From: Eledone cirrhosa
Taxonomy: Eukaryota
Assembly: GCA_964016885.1 (NCBI GenBank)
Contig: OZ024741.1
Span: 354,206,001-354,270,000 of the forward strand
Reading direction: 5' to 3'
DNA length: 64,000 bases
This document shows positions 12,590 through 23,821 of this stretch, in pieces; the first letter of the stretch is position 1; every line of letters starts with the position of its first letter. Under the pieces are notes generated by a model. The model worked only from the letters and a program-made list of their open reading frames with translations, did no database searches and was not told the origin of the DNA. The translations under genes were made by a program, and so were the position numbers.

Positions 12590-13586
12590 ATTAAATGATA
12601 ATGATGGATGAAAAGCAACCAGTTCACCCTATAAGCTGCCAGAGTCATGATAAATGCTCCTAGTATATGCTGTAAAGTCGTTGGTGTTAGGAGGGGCATC
12701 CAGCCACAGAAACCACTGTCCAAGTACACATTGTAAAGTGGTTGGCATCAGGAAGGGCATCCACCTGTAGAAACCCTGCTCCTAGTATATGCTGTAAAGT
12801 GTTTGGTGTTAGGAAGGGCATCCGGCCACAGAAACCAAACCAAAACAAAGCATATAAACAGAACCTAGTCACTAAACCACTGTGGCCTCAGCACAAAACA
12901 GACATCTACTCCATGTGACTATAGAAAATAGACATTAAATGGTGATGATAATAATATATATATATATATATATATATATTGTATGTATGTGTACAATCCA
13001 ATCCAAAAATAAAGAGTAGAGATTAGTTTGTGAGGAGTATTAAATGCAAGGACTGGTATGTTTTTCACACTTGTTTTAATTCCTCCCTAAGTAACATTTT
13101 TTAAAAATTTGTTTGTACATTTTGAAGAAGAGGTCAGGTCATGATTTGCTCTTAATAACATGTGGACCTCATATATTGATAGGATTCACTTTTATGGATT
13201 AAATTATGATTTTATCCTCTGAAACAATTGTAAACAAATAAACACTTTTTCAAGGATTTTTGTTGTATTTTCTCCTACTATAATTTTGATATGTCTTTTG
13301 GGTAGATCATACAAATATTTCTGTATAACTTCATTATAAAAACTTAACTTCTTATTTTATTCTTCATTTCTTTTATAATTTTCAACAAACAGCAAATAGC
13401 AATAACAGTTAAGAAACAATAATATATTAAATCATCTTAAAACATTAACTAATATTAATTTAAACCACAGAAATACTGATGCTGGTGGAAATTTAATATA
13501 ATATTGGTTTGTCTTTTCTCAATACAATTTATCATCAGAAAAAATATTGTTGATTAAACTGCCCCTAATATATCACTTGTACAAGG

Positions 13587-13803
13587 GTAGTAGATTAACA
13601 GAATTGGTTGAGCGTCAGATAAAATGTTATTGTAGTATTTGTTCTGGCTCTGTACATTCTGAGTTCAAATCCCACCAGAGTCACTTTGCCTTTCATCCTT
13701 CTGGTGTTGATAGAATACAGTACCAGTCAAGGACTGAGGTTGATTTAATTTTCTTTGCCCTTTTCCAAAAAATGTGTTGCCTTTGTGCCTAAATTAGAAA
13801 TCA
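13587..13803 (+). mobile_element. SINE (older copy, opposite orientation)
   Basis: GAGTTCAAATCCCACCAGAGTCACTTTGCCTTTCATCC...TGTGCCTAAATTAGAAA. Confidence 0.8.
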
Positions 13804-14437
13804 ATATATCACTAGTACTTATATAATGGTAGTAGGAAAAAAGATAATGTTGGCACTAACACACTTTGGGCTAAGAACAGTAAATAGCCAACTAGATACC
13901 ATGGAGTAACTACTGACTTTCTACTTTCTAATATTAAGGGATGTTGAAATGACACATCATAGAAATCATCATCATCACAGGTTTTAAATTTGTGTTTGTG
14001 TGAGTTGAACAAGATTTTTTTTTCTGGCAGATTTTCAATGGCTGGATGCCCTTCCTATTGCCAATGAAAATTATAGTTTCTTTTTCTTTCAGTTGTAAGA
14101 AATAAATGGTTGTTCATAACTATAAAAAATATATATATTTTATATCAGTATTTTTAAGATTTAGCAGAAAATGTCTAAAAGAATATATTGTTAATTCAAA
14201 TATTTATAGTGTCTTTACTAGCAGAGAGATCATTGTGAAAATGTGCAGTATTAGAGAGAAGACTTAAATTTTTAATGTGATGAAGTCATAGCGCTGTTTT
14301 CTATTCTTTAAGAATGTCTTGCTATGCAGTTTTTTGTGGTACAGGGTGTTAAGAGTTAACTATTATTAGGCAAAACAGAAATAGTAATAGAATAAGCAAA
14401 TGTTAATTCTAATGTTAATATAAAAATATTTCAATAC

Positions 14438-14513
14438 CTTATCAAAACTGTCCATTTCTAGATAGGGTCGCTTCTCATATTGGCAGAAAAGATATGGATG
14501 GAATTCATCATAT
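14438..14513 (-). CDS. NEMF: NEMF exon 10
   Basis: YDEFHPYLFCQYEKRPYLEMDSFDK; 76 nt. Confidence 0.94.
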
Positions 14514-14549
14514 CTGAAGGATGAAAAATGTTTAAAAATCACATATTAC

Positions 14550-14880
14550 TGTTGTTGTTATACATCCAACAGTTCTGACAAAGAGTGTTCCAGTTGTTTA
14601 AACAATGGGACAGCTTGTTTGTAAAACTAATGAGCAAGTTGCTGAACATTCCACAGACATATGTACCTTTAACGTATTTCTCAGGGAGATTCAGCATGAC
14701 ATAGAGTTTAACAAGGCCAGCCCTTTGAATTACAAGTATAACTCATTTATACCAGCTGAGTTGAATGCAGCAATGTGAAATAAAATGTCTTGCTGAAGGA
14801 CACAATGTGACACCAGAAACCAAACTCATGACCTTACAACCGTGAGCTGAAAACCTTCACCACTAAGCAACGTGTCTTCA
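14550..14880 (-). mobile_element. Second SINE family (longer central domain)
   Basis: Related plus-strand copies at ~56730-57380; tRNA-like head and GTGTCCTTCAGCAAGACATTTTATTTCAC segment. Confidence 0.6.
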
Positions 14881-15136
14881 CATTGTTATACTAATGTAAA
14901 GATTTTAGGCATAAGACCTAGCTCTGAACTAGGTATGAGACAAAATTTGAATCTTAATCTCCCTTTTAAATGTGATATAAGTCTATCATGGGTAACATTT
15001 GCTACTTGCCACATTTTTCTGTGTGTCTATATGGGTATTTTACCTAAATTTATAAGTTATTTATAGTGAATTGCTGTTGTTAGTTATTTTCTGATTTGGG
15101 GGATTCATTCATATATATATATATATATATAGTAAT

Positions 15137-15318
15137 AACTGTTTCTACTTTAGGCACAAGGCCAGCAATTACCCAGTACATTACTGGTACTTTATTTTAT
15201 CGACCCCATAAGGATGAAAGGCAAAGTTAACCTCAGCGGGATTTGAACTCAGACTGTAAGGGGCGTAACCATGCTAGAAAGCATGTCGTCCAACCCTCTA
15301 CCGATACTGCCAATTCAC
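15137..15318 (-). mobile_element. SINE
   Basis: Family consensus match; further copies at 6345-6489, 16106-16278, 17083-17283, 25320-25472, 29168-29330, 30735-31033 and 36140-36290. Confidence 0.85.
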
Positions 15319-16309
15319 AGTAATAATAAAGTTTCAGAAGATCCTACTTAAGGTGAAAGCAGTAATTTATTACTTAAACTTTTAATCTGTACTTATAATA
15401 CATATATAAGGTATACAAAAAAAATGTATAAACACATTCATTAGAATGCTGTTGAAATGAGTATAATTTTTGTGGGGGAACCCTGTATGTATGTATATAT
15501 ATATACATATATATATATATACATATATATATATACATATATATAGCCAGGTGGTGCTATTAAGTTAGACATGGCCTGGGTCAATACTGGCCAAAAGTTA
15601 TCAAAGTTATATACATTATACATACATACATCTATTTTCTGAAGTAAATCAATGTTTCTAGACCTTGGGCTTATCTTCTGGATAAAGTAGTTATTGGTGC
15701 TGTTTTTATAGTTAACAAAAATCATGGGAGTGATATGTTACAGATGATATTGTCATAATCAGATTTAAAACCCACAAATACTGCACCTAAGCATTAAACT
15801 AAAACCAGTTACTGATTGACTAATGTAATTAATAGTTCACTGTCAGCATTTCAAATATAGCTATGACAATATCATCTGGAACACAAAATCTTTGTCATGT
15901 AAAATAGTTGCTGAAAAAACTAAGACAATAAAAGGTAGCAAGGGCTGTTTGGTGAAATGGTTACATCCCAGAATGAAAAATTATCATAAACCCAACTTTC
16001 ACTCAATAACATTCCCTTTCAAAACAACATGTATCCAATGATGATGGTAGAAATTGAAAATAAGACCATCATATCCGTGGATCAATAACACTAACCCTTC
16101 AGAAATAATTGTTTCTACTTTAGGCACAAGGCCAGCAATTACCCAGTGCATTACTGGTACTTTATTTTATCGACCCCCGTAAGGATGAAAGGCAAAGTCA
16201 ACCTTGGTCGGATTTGAACTCAGACTGTAAAAGGCCATAACTCTATACTGCAAAGCATGGTGTCCGACTCTACCGATACAAGATTATTTATTTATAAAAG
16301 GTAATTTAC

Positions 16310-16377
16310 GTTAAAAGCTCCTTCATCTCCTCTCCATTAGTGGCAGGCCTCATGTCTCGCTTCTGTATTATATAGCC
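16310..16377 (-). CDS. NEMF: NEMF exon 9
   Basis: GYIIQKRDMRPATNGEEMKELL; CAG/GTAAAT; 68 nt. Confidence 0.92.
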
Positions 16378-16542
16378 CTGAAATGATAAGATAATACACT
16401 AGTCAGAAGTGAGGGAGAGAAGTCATAAGCAATGGAAATATGATAAATGGCAGTGATTTGAAACATACAAGAGTATAACAAAAGCAAGAATTGACATATC
16501 AGTGATAAAGCAAAGCTAGAATTGACATATCTGTAAGTATAA

Positions 16543-16778
16543 TGAATGTATGTCAGCTCAGAGCCAACTGTTTCAACACAGGCCCCTGTCCATGGAAAAT
16601 AGTCAAACAAGTTGAGCATACAAGCTTCTACAGATGAAAAAAAAGTGAACAAAATTGCTTGGGCCCTACAAGTCCATTTTTTCCATCTCTAGGGGTTTGT
16701 ATACCTAACTTGTTTGACTATGTTTGCGAGGTCAGAGGCTTGCATTGAAGCAGTTGACTTTGAGCTGACATACATTCA
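16543..16778. repeat. ~235-bp fold-back (long imperfect inverted repeat, MITE-like)
   Basis: Arms TGAATGTATGTCAGCTCA...ATAGTCAAACAAGTT...AGATGAAAAAA and their reverse complements; partial copy at ~37216-37310. Confidence 0.85.
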
Positions 16779-17950
16779 GAATTCAAAATTCACTTGATGA
16801 TTTCTTAAAAGTGCAATATTTGTGAGCAATAAAGCTAAGTAAGAATTGACATAATCATAAATGACAAAGCTAAGCAAGAATTAACATATTTGTAGGTGAT
16901 AAATCTACACAAAAAATGAGAATATTAAGGCATAAGCAACAAAGAGTAGGTAAAGTAAAGAGAAATACTTCATATGGCAATTTTATTTCCAATTTAAATA
17001 TTCCAGCATTATCCAAAACTTTGGAAACTAGCTTTTTATAATATAACAATTTTTTGTACAACCCTGTCTGGCTCTAACATTGATTTCTAATTTAAGTAGA
17101 AGAACAGCAAATTTTGGAGAAAGGGCAAAATTGATTAAACTGATCCCTAGTACTTGACTGGTACTTTATCTTATTAACGCTGGAAAGATGAAAAGAAAGT
17201 ATTTTGAACTCAGAATGCAAAGATCTAGAACAAATACCACAATGGCATTTTATCTGACACTTTTTGCTATTCTGCCAATTCACCTCTCTTCTGACTCTAA
17301 CATAAAGAAACTAATTCTATGTATGGCCAATTACCTATTGGCTCCCAGACAATCCCCATACTGCTTTTGTATTAATTAAATCAGAGAAAGAAATTAATAA
17401 CCTACAACATCATTCAAGAAAAATGAGAATCAAGAAAAAAAAATGGTCTATAACCCATTAAATTATACAGATAACATTTAAAGACTTCATCTTTACTGAG
17501 TGTATTAAATCAGCCGAGTGAAGTCCATGTCAAAACCATAGCAAAAATGTTCATAATACTACATGGTAAAAAGGTTCATAACACTTTTTCACCCACTTAT
17601 TTCTGTGTGGTGTGTCTGAGGACTCTGGGTGCAAAGTCCTCAGATACATCATCCAAAGTCCTATCAGAAATAACTGTCTCTAAATAAAACCAAACAACCT
17701 TATCGATGTTATCCAACTATCTTGTTCATGATTAACTTTACCCATAACATCTGTTAAGTAATTTTTTTTTGCAGACATTTTAACCACATAATACCATAGT
17801 ACCAGAGCTGCAATCTCTCATTGCAGAGAAATAGCAGTTCTACTCTACTTTATCTCTGCACTATACACCCTATCAAGTTTTCATAAAATCACATGGTAAA
17901 AACTAAGAGTTGAAGTTAATAAGAGTAAATGAAAGTAAAATAAAATGAAC

Positions 17951-18024
17951 CTTAGATTCATGAGTTGAAAGATTCTGAAATAGTTTAGCAGCTTTTTCTA
18001 GAGCCTTCGACAATTTCTCAAAAT
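17951..18024 (-). CDS. NEMF: NEMF exon 8
   Basis: DFEKLSKALEKAAKLFQNLSTHESK; long pyrimidine tract plus TAG, GT donor; 74 nt. Confidence 0.88.
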
Positions 18025-18141
18025 CTAGAAGACAGAAAAAAGAAAAGAAATATAGAATTACCTAATTAGAAGGGGTGTATTCAAATATCATTTAAAATAA
18101 CACAATAATAATAATGTGTGTGTGTATATATATATATATAT

Positions 18142-18510
18142 ATGATGGCTGCAAACTTGCGGTAAGAGTATTGCAATTGCTTGTCAGATTCAGATGTGTG
18201 ACGCTCGGATATGGCTTTTCAAGCCTGATAGAGACATGCACTCCTTCGCACACTGACGACAACTATGGATCTCACTGGCTTCAGGTCTTGCATCAGGTTG
18301 CTTGTGAACTTTCACAATGCTGTGGAGATCATAGTTCACTGGTTCTCTCTGAACATGGCTGCAACTGTAGCTCCTCAGACCAGATTTGCTCAAGTAAATC
18401 TTTCAACACTCAGAGCAGTCTAATTCAATGGAGACACTGACCATTTCAAGAGATACACCAGGAGATTGCTTACGCACATCCCGTTTGATCTTGTTGTGCT
18501 CAATGCGTCT
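18142..18510 (-). mobile_element. RTE-like LINE 3' end with two C2H2 zinc fingers
   Basis: CSEC*KIYLSKSGLRSYSCSH and CRQCAKECMSLSGLKSHIRASH; short 3' UTR; flanked by TA microsatellites. Confidence 0.7.
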
Positions 18511-18530
18511 GTATATACACAAACATACAT

Positions 18531-18567
<37 letters not shown>

Positions 18568-18570
18568 AAG

Positions 18571-18795
18571 ATAAGTATGTATACGTACATACATATATGT
18601 ATACAGACATACAGTAGTATGTATATATATATATATATACATACATACGGGATGTTTGTTTACAAACACACCGAGCATTATAATAAATGTTCGGTGAATC
18701 CATACGTACATATATATGTGTGTAAATGTATGTATATATATATACATACTACTGTACGTCTGTATACATATATGTATGTTCGTATACATACTTAT
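18571..18795. repeat. Inverted repeat with ~70-bp arms
   Basis: ATAAGTATGTATACG.ACATACATATATGTATACAGAC.TACAGTAGTATG and its reverse complement; the ORF track shows the same peptide on both strands. Confidence 0.85.
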
Positions 18796-19033
18796 ATTTA
18801 AGTAACAGCCGTACTAAGAGTGAGAAATGAAATTTCGTTTCATTTTTTCCGTTTATATATAAAGAAAAAAAGATGAAATCGAAAATGCAACTGGAGTCTT
18901 ATTTTTAAAAAAATATATATATTTATTTGGTTCCTTTACCGGTTTCGCAGTTCTTCTGCTTTTCAAAAGTAGAGTTGAGATGGAGGGTCTGTGGTTTTTC
19001 TCACATCTCATATATATATGAGCAATTATTCAG

Positions 19034-19074
<41 letters not shown>

Positions 19075-19153
19075 CTGAATAATTGCTCACCTCGGTTTGG
19101 AAGAAACAATTGTAAGCAGATAAATGATTTAAACAGAACTTTGTTTCATGTAA

Positions 19154-19185
<32 letters not shown>

Positions 19186-21364
19186 AGCTAGCGTGGAAGA
19201 TGGACGTTAAACAATGATGGTGATGATTATATATAGGGAACCACATGGTGGTCCATAGGTGTGCTAGAAATAGCAGCTAAATAAGGAGAACGTCATTGTG
19301 GTTCATAGATGTGCTAGAAATAACAGCTAAATCAGTTAAACAAGGGGAACCTCATGGTAGTCCATAGGTGTGCTAGAAATAGCAACTATATCAGCTAAAC
19401 AGGAGAAACTTGTGGTCCATAGGTGAGCTAGAAATAGCAGCTACATCAGCTAAACAGGGGTAACCACAGGGTGGACCATAGGTGTGCAAGAAGTAGCATC
19501 TAAATGGGGAGAACCTCACGGTGGTCCATGGGTGTACTAGAAATAGCAGCTAAATAGGGGGAACCTCATGGTGGCCTTTAGGTTTGCTAGAAATAGCAGC
19601 TAAATAGAGGTAACCTTGTATTGGTCCTAAGGTGTGCTAAAAATTGCAGCTACATGAGCTAAATAGGGGAAAGCACATGGTGGTCCATAGGAGTGCTAGA
19701 AATAGCAGCTAAATAGGAGGAACCTCGTGTGGTCCATAGGTGTGCTAGAAATAGCAGCTAAATAGAAAGAACCTCAAGGTGATCCATAGGTGTGCTAGAA
19801 ATAGCAGCTAAGTAGGGGGGGGGACCTAACTGTGGTCCATAGGTATGCTAGAAATAGCAGATACATCAGCTAAAGAAGGGGCAGCCCCATGGTGGTCTTC
19901 CAAGGATACGCTAGAAATAGCAGCTACCTCAGCTTAAAAGGGGTAACTTCATGGTGGTCCATAGGTGTGCTAGAAGTAGCAGCTACATCAGCTGAAGATG
20001 GGGAACCTCAAGCTGGTCCATATGTGTGTTACAAATAGTATCTAAATAGGGAGAGCGTCAAGCTGGTCCATAGGCGTGCTAGAAACAGCAGCTAAATAGA
20101 GGTAACCTCATGGTGGTACATAGGTGTGCTAAGAATAGCAACTAAATAGGGATAACCTCATGATGGTCCATAGGTGTGCAAGAAAAAGCAGCTACATTAG
20201 CTAAGACGAACAGCCTCATGGTCATCCAAAGGAGTGCTAGAAATAGCAGCTAAATAGGGGGAACCACATCGTCATTCATAGATATGCTACAAATAGCAGC
20301 TACATCAGCTAAACAGGGGGAACCTCGTGGTGGTCCATAGGTGTTATGAACCTGATGGTGGTCCTTAGGTTTGCTAGAAATAGCATGCAAATAGGGGGAA
20401 CCTCATATTGGTCCATAGATATGCTAGAAATAGCAATAAAATCAGCTAAAAACAGGGAAAACATCATGGTCGTCCATAGATGTGCTAGAAATAGGAGCTA
20501 AATAGGGAACATCATAGTGGTCCATAGATGTGCGATAAATAGCAGCTAAATATGGGGAACCTTATTGTGGTCCGTGGGTGGGCTAGAAATAGAAACAACA
20601 TCAGTTAAAAACAGGGGGATGCTCATGATGATTCATAGATGTGCTAGAAACAGCAACAAATAGGGGCAACCTACTATTGGTCCATAGGTATGCTACGATT
20701 AATAGCTACATCAGCTAAATAGGGGGAACCTCATGGTGGTCCACCGGTGTGCTAGAAATAGCAGCTAAATAAGGAAAACCTGATTGTTTCCATTGATGTC
20801 CTGGAAATAGCAGCAACATCAGCTAAACAGAGCAAACATCATGGTGATCCATAGGTTTGCTAGAAATAGCAGCTAAATAGGGGTAACCTCATTCTGGTCA
20901 ATCGATGTGCAGGAAATAGCAGCTACATCAGCTAAACAGTAGGAACCTCATGGTGGCCCATATGTGTGCTAGAAATAGCAGCTAAATAGGGGGAACCTCA
21001 TTGTGACCTATAGAAAAGAAACTACATCAGCTAAAAAAGGGAAAAACCACATGGCGCTCCATAGGTGTGCTAGAAATAGGAGCTAAATAGTACGAACCAC
21101 AATGTGGTACATAGGTGTGCTAGAAATAGCAGCTAAGTAGGGGGAACCTAACTGTGGCCCATAGGTGTGCTAGAAATAGCTGTTAGTAGGAGCAACCTAA
21201 CTGTGGTCCATAGGTGTGCTAGAAATAGCAGCAACATCAGCTAAACGAGGGGAACCCCATGGTGGTTCATGGATATGGTAGAAATAACACCTACATCAGC
21301 TAAACAGGGGCAACCTCATGGTGTTAGAAATAGAAGCTAAATAGGGTGCTCCTTAGGTGTGCTA

Positions 21365-23794
21365 CATCATCATCATCATCATCATCATCAACGTTTAACG
21401 TCCGTGTTCCACGCTTGCATGGGTTTGGACGGGGGTAGTCCCACTTGAGGCAAGAGTGATTGTCTTGCTCGCATAGGACTGTCTGGCAGGTTTTCTACAG
21501 TTGGATGCCCTTCCTAACACCAACCACATTTACAGTGTGGGTCTGGGAGGTTTTTACCGTGTTGCCTACACGGCCACATTACAGCGTGGACTGTGTGTTT
21601 TTTTGTCGTGACACCTACACGATCTCATTTGTTTCGGCCTGGATGGCGCGGCACCAACATAACTTTACATAGAACGGGGTGGTGTGGATGGGGTGGGGGT
21701 GGTGGTGGTGGGACGGGGTGTATTTGTTAGAGATGCCTACTGGCTGGAGTAGGTTTTACTATATATTTAGGTAAGGCGGGTCTTCTCTGTTACTGAGTAC
21801 CGCCAAAGGTCTCGGTCCAGTGACATTGTCTTGGAGAGGTGTAAGTGTGTGAGGTCGGAGTTTATCAACTCGTCCCAGGTTTTTCTAGGTCTACCTATTC
21901 CGTGGCTACCGTCTATCTTTATTGCCCTGCACTTTGTTATACAGCTATCGACTTTCATGCGCATCACGTGTCCATACCAACGTAGCCTTCTCTCGAGTAA
22001 ACAACATCTGATCCCTCTTATCTCTAATTTTTTCCTTAGTTCGTTTATGCTTTGCCGTTCACGTATATTACTGTTACACATCCAGTGGAGCATGCAAGCT
22101 TCGTTCCTCTCTAGTCTGCGTATATCCTCTGCACACAATGCCCAGGTCTCACTGCCATGCAACATTGCTGTTCGTATGCAGGCATCGTACAACCTGCCTT
22201 TCATTTTTAGGGAGAACCCTTTAGCAGCTAATAGTGGTATAAGCTCTCTGAACTTTTTCCAACCAGTTCTGACTCTAGCTACTGTACTTTCAGAGCACCC
22301 TCCCCCACTGCTGATTTTATCGCCCAGGTAACGGAAGCTGTCCACTATTTCTATAGAACCCTCTGCGCAATTGAAAGAGCTAGTATTTTGTGGGCACTTG
22401 CTGCTACTTATTGCACCAGAACACCGGCCACATGTAAAATCTATGTTCTTAGTTAGCTTACCTGTGATCCCACTACATCTTTTATGCACCCATACTTTGC
22501 ATTTAGGACATAAAATGGAGTTTCTACCTACGCCTTTCCTACACACCGAGCACGACCATTTCCCAGAAGGGACCGCCGCCTTGTTTTCTTTCCTACAAAC
22601 TAAAACTTTAGTCTTAGCCAGGTTAATTTTAAGTCCTTTTGACTCTAGGCCGTGCTTCCATGTTTGGAATTTCTTCTCTAGCTCGGCCAATGATTCCGCT
22701 ATGAGTGTCAGGTCGTCTGCGTATAGGAGTTCCCATGGGCAGCCGGTCTTGAACTCCTCTGTTATAGCCTGAAGGGCAATAATAAATAGTAGGGGGCTGA
22801 GAACAGAGCCCTGATGGACGCCAACTTTTACGCTAAACTCTTCACTATATTCGTTGTTAATTCTAACCTTGCTGACTGTTTCTTTATACATGGCTTGTAT
22901 AGCCCTCACAAGCCATTCGTCAACGCCTAGTTTTCTAAGAGCCCACCAGATAATGGAGCGGGGGACTCTGTCGAAGGCTTTCTCCAAGTCGACAAAAGCT
23001 AAGTAGAGGGGTTTACCTTTAGCTAGGTACTTCTCCTGTAGTTGTCGTACTATGAAAAGAGCGTCTGTGGTACTTTTGCCTGACACAAACCCGAACTGCA
23101 TTTCATCTAGGTCAATTCTCTCTCTGATTAGTTGCGCTATTACTTTTTCCGTGACCTTCATGACCTGGTCGATTAATTTAATGCCTCTATAGTTACACCT
23201 ATCTAGGGCGTCTCCTTTACCCTTATAACAGTTAACGATGATGCTGCTATGCCAGTCCTTCGGAACAACCCCATTCTGTACGACTTGGTTAACTATGCGG
23301 GTGACCATGGTGTGTCCCACCGTGCCAGATGCCTTCAGCATCTCAGCAACTATTTCCGAAGGCCCAGCCGCCTTACCCGTTTTCATATCCTTGATTGCCT
23401 TACTTATTATACTCCCCTCGACTAACACTGCTGGTCCCTCTATTGGGTCAATATGGGGGAGACTGTCTTTCTCCCATTTATTCTCCTCATTTAGTAGCCT
23501 TTCATAGTGACACTTCCAAGCTACCTTCTTATCAGCGTCGGTGATGGTAAGTGTGCCATCATTGTTTAGTACACACTTCTCCCCGACAATATCACGGTTT
23601 TCCTTGACGCATTGCCTAGCAATCCTGAACACCTCACGTTTTTGGTCCTCGCGTTGTAGAACATGCTTGAACTTTCTTTCCTCTGCTTCCCTTCTTGCTA
23701 AGTACACTTGTCTCCTAGCTTCCCTCCTGGCCACTTGATAGTCTTCTCTACTTCCCCATTCTCGCCATACTTTCCAAGCCTGCTTTTTGGCCTT
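21365..23794 (-). mobile_element. RTE-clade LINE, 5'-truncated, young
   Basis: Open RT ORF; ~400-bp 3' UTR with the GGAAGGGCATCC motif; (ATG)n tail at 21365-21390; inserted in the satellite. Confidence 0.95.
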
Positions 23795-23821
23795 ATAGCA
23801 TGTAAATAGGGGGGACCTCAT
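21767..23821 (-). CDS. RTE reverse transcriptase ORF with embedded PHD finger; no endonuclease domain
   Basis: NYRGIKL, QFGF, FVDLEKAFDRV, GVHQGSVLSP, YADD, RLRWYGHV, GRPRKTW; the ATG at 23821 comes from flanking satellite; translation not shown. Confidence 0.8.
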   Translation of the reverse strand: MRSPLFTCYKAKKQAWKVWREWGSREDYQVARREARRQVYLARREAEERKFKHVLQREDQKREVFRIARQCVKENRDIVGEKCVLNNDGTLTITDADKKVAWKCHYERLLNEENKWEKDSLPHIDPIEGPAVLVEGSIISKAIKDMKTGKAAGPSEIVAEMLKASGTVGHTMVTRIVNQVVQNGVVPKDWHSSIIVNCYKGKGDALDRCNYRGIKLIDQVMKVTEKVIAQLIRERIDLDEMQFGFVSGKSTTDALFIVRQLQEKYLAKGKPLYLAFVDLEKAFDRVPRSIIWWALRKLGVDEWLVRAIQAMYKETVSKVRINNEYSEEFSVKVGVHQGSVLSPLLFIIALQAITEEFKTGCPWELLYADDLTLIAESLAELEKKFQTWKHGLESKGLKINLAKTKVLVCRKENKAAVPSGKWSCSVCRKGVGRNSILCPKCKVWVHKRCSGITGKLTKNIDFTCGRCSGAISSSKCPQNTSSFNCAEGSIEIVDSFRYLGDKISSGGGCSESTVARVRTGWKKFRELIPLLAAKGFSLKMKGRLYDACIRTAMLHGSETWALCAEDIRRLERNEACMLHWMCNSNIRERQSINELRKKLEIRGIRCCLLERRLRWYGHVMRMKVDSCITKCRAIKIDGSHGIGRPRKTWDELINSDLTHLHLSKTMSLDRDLWRYSVTEKTRLT

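Noticed and set aside
19037-19071. Long poly-A run as a processed-pseudogene tail
   Set aside because: No upstream coding similarity, clear poly(A) signal or TSD seen
21831-23738. Long plus-strand ORFs opposite the RTE ORF (and similar ones opposite the Gypsy pol)
   Set aside because: Antisense shadows of real coding frames with no recognisable motifs
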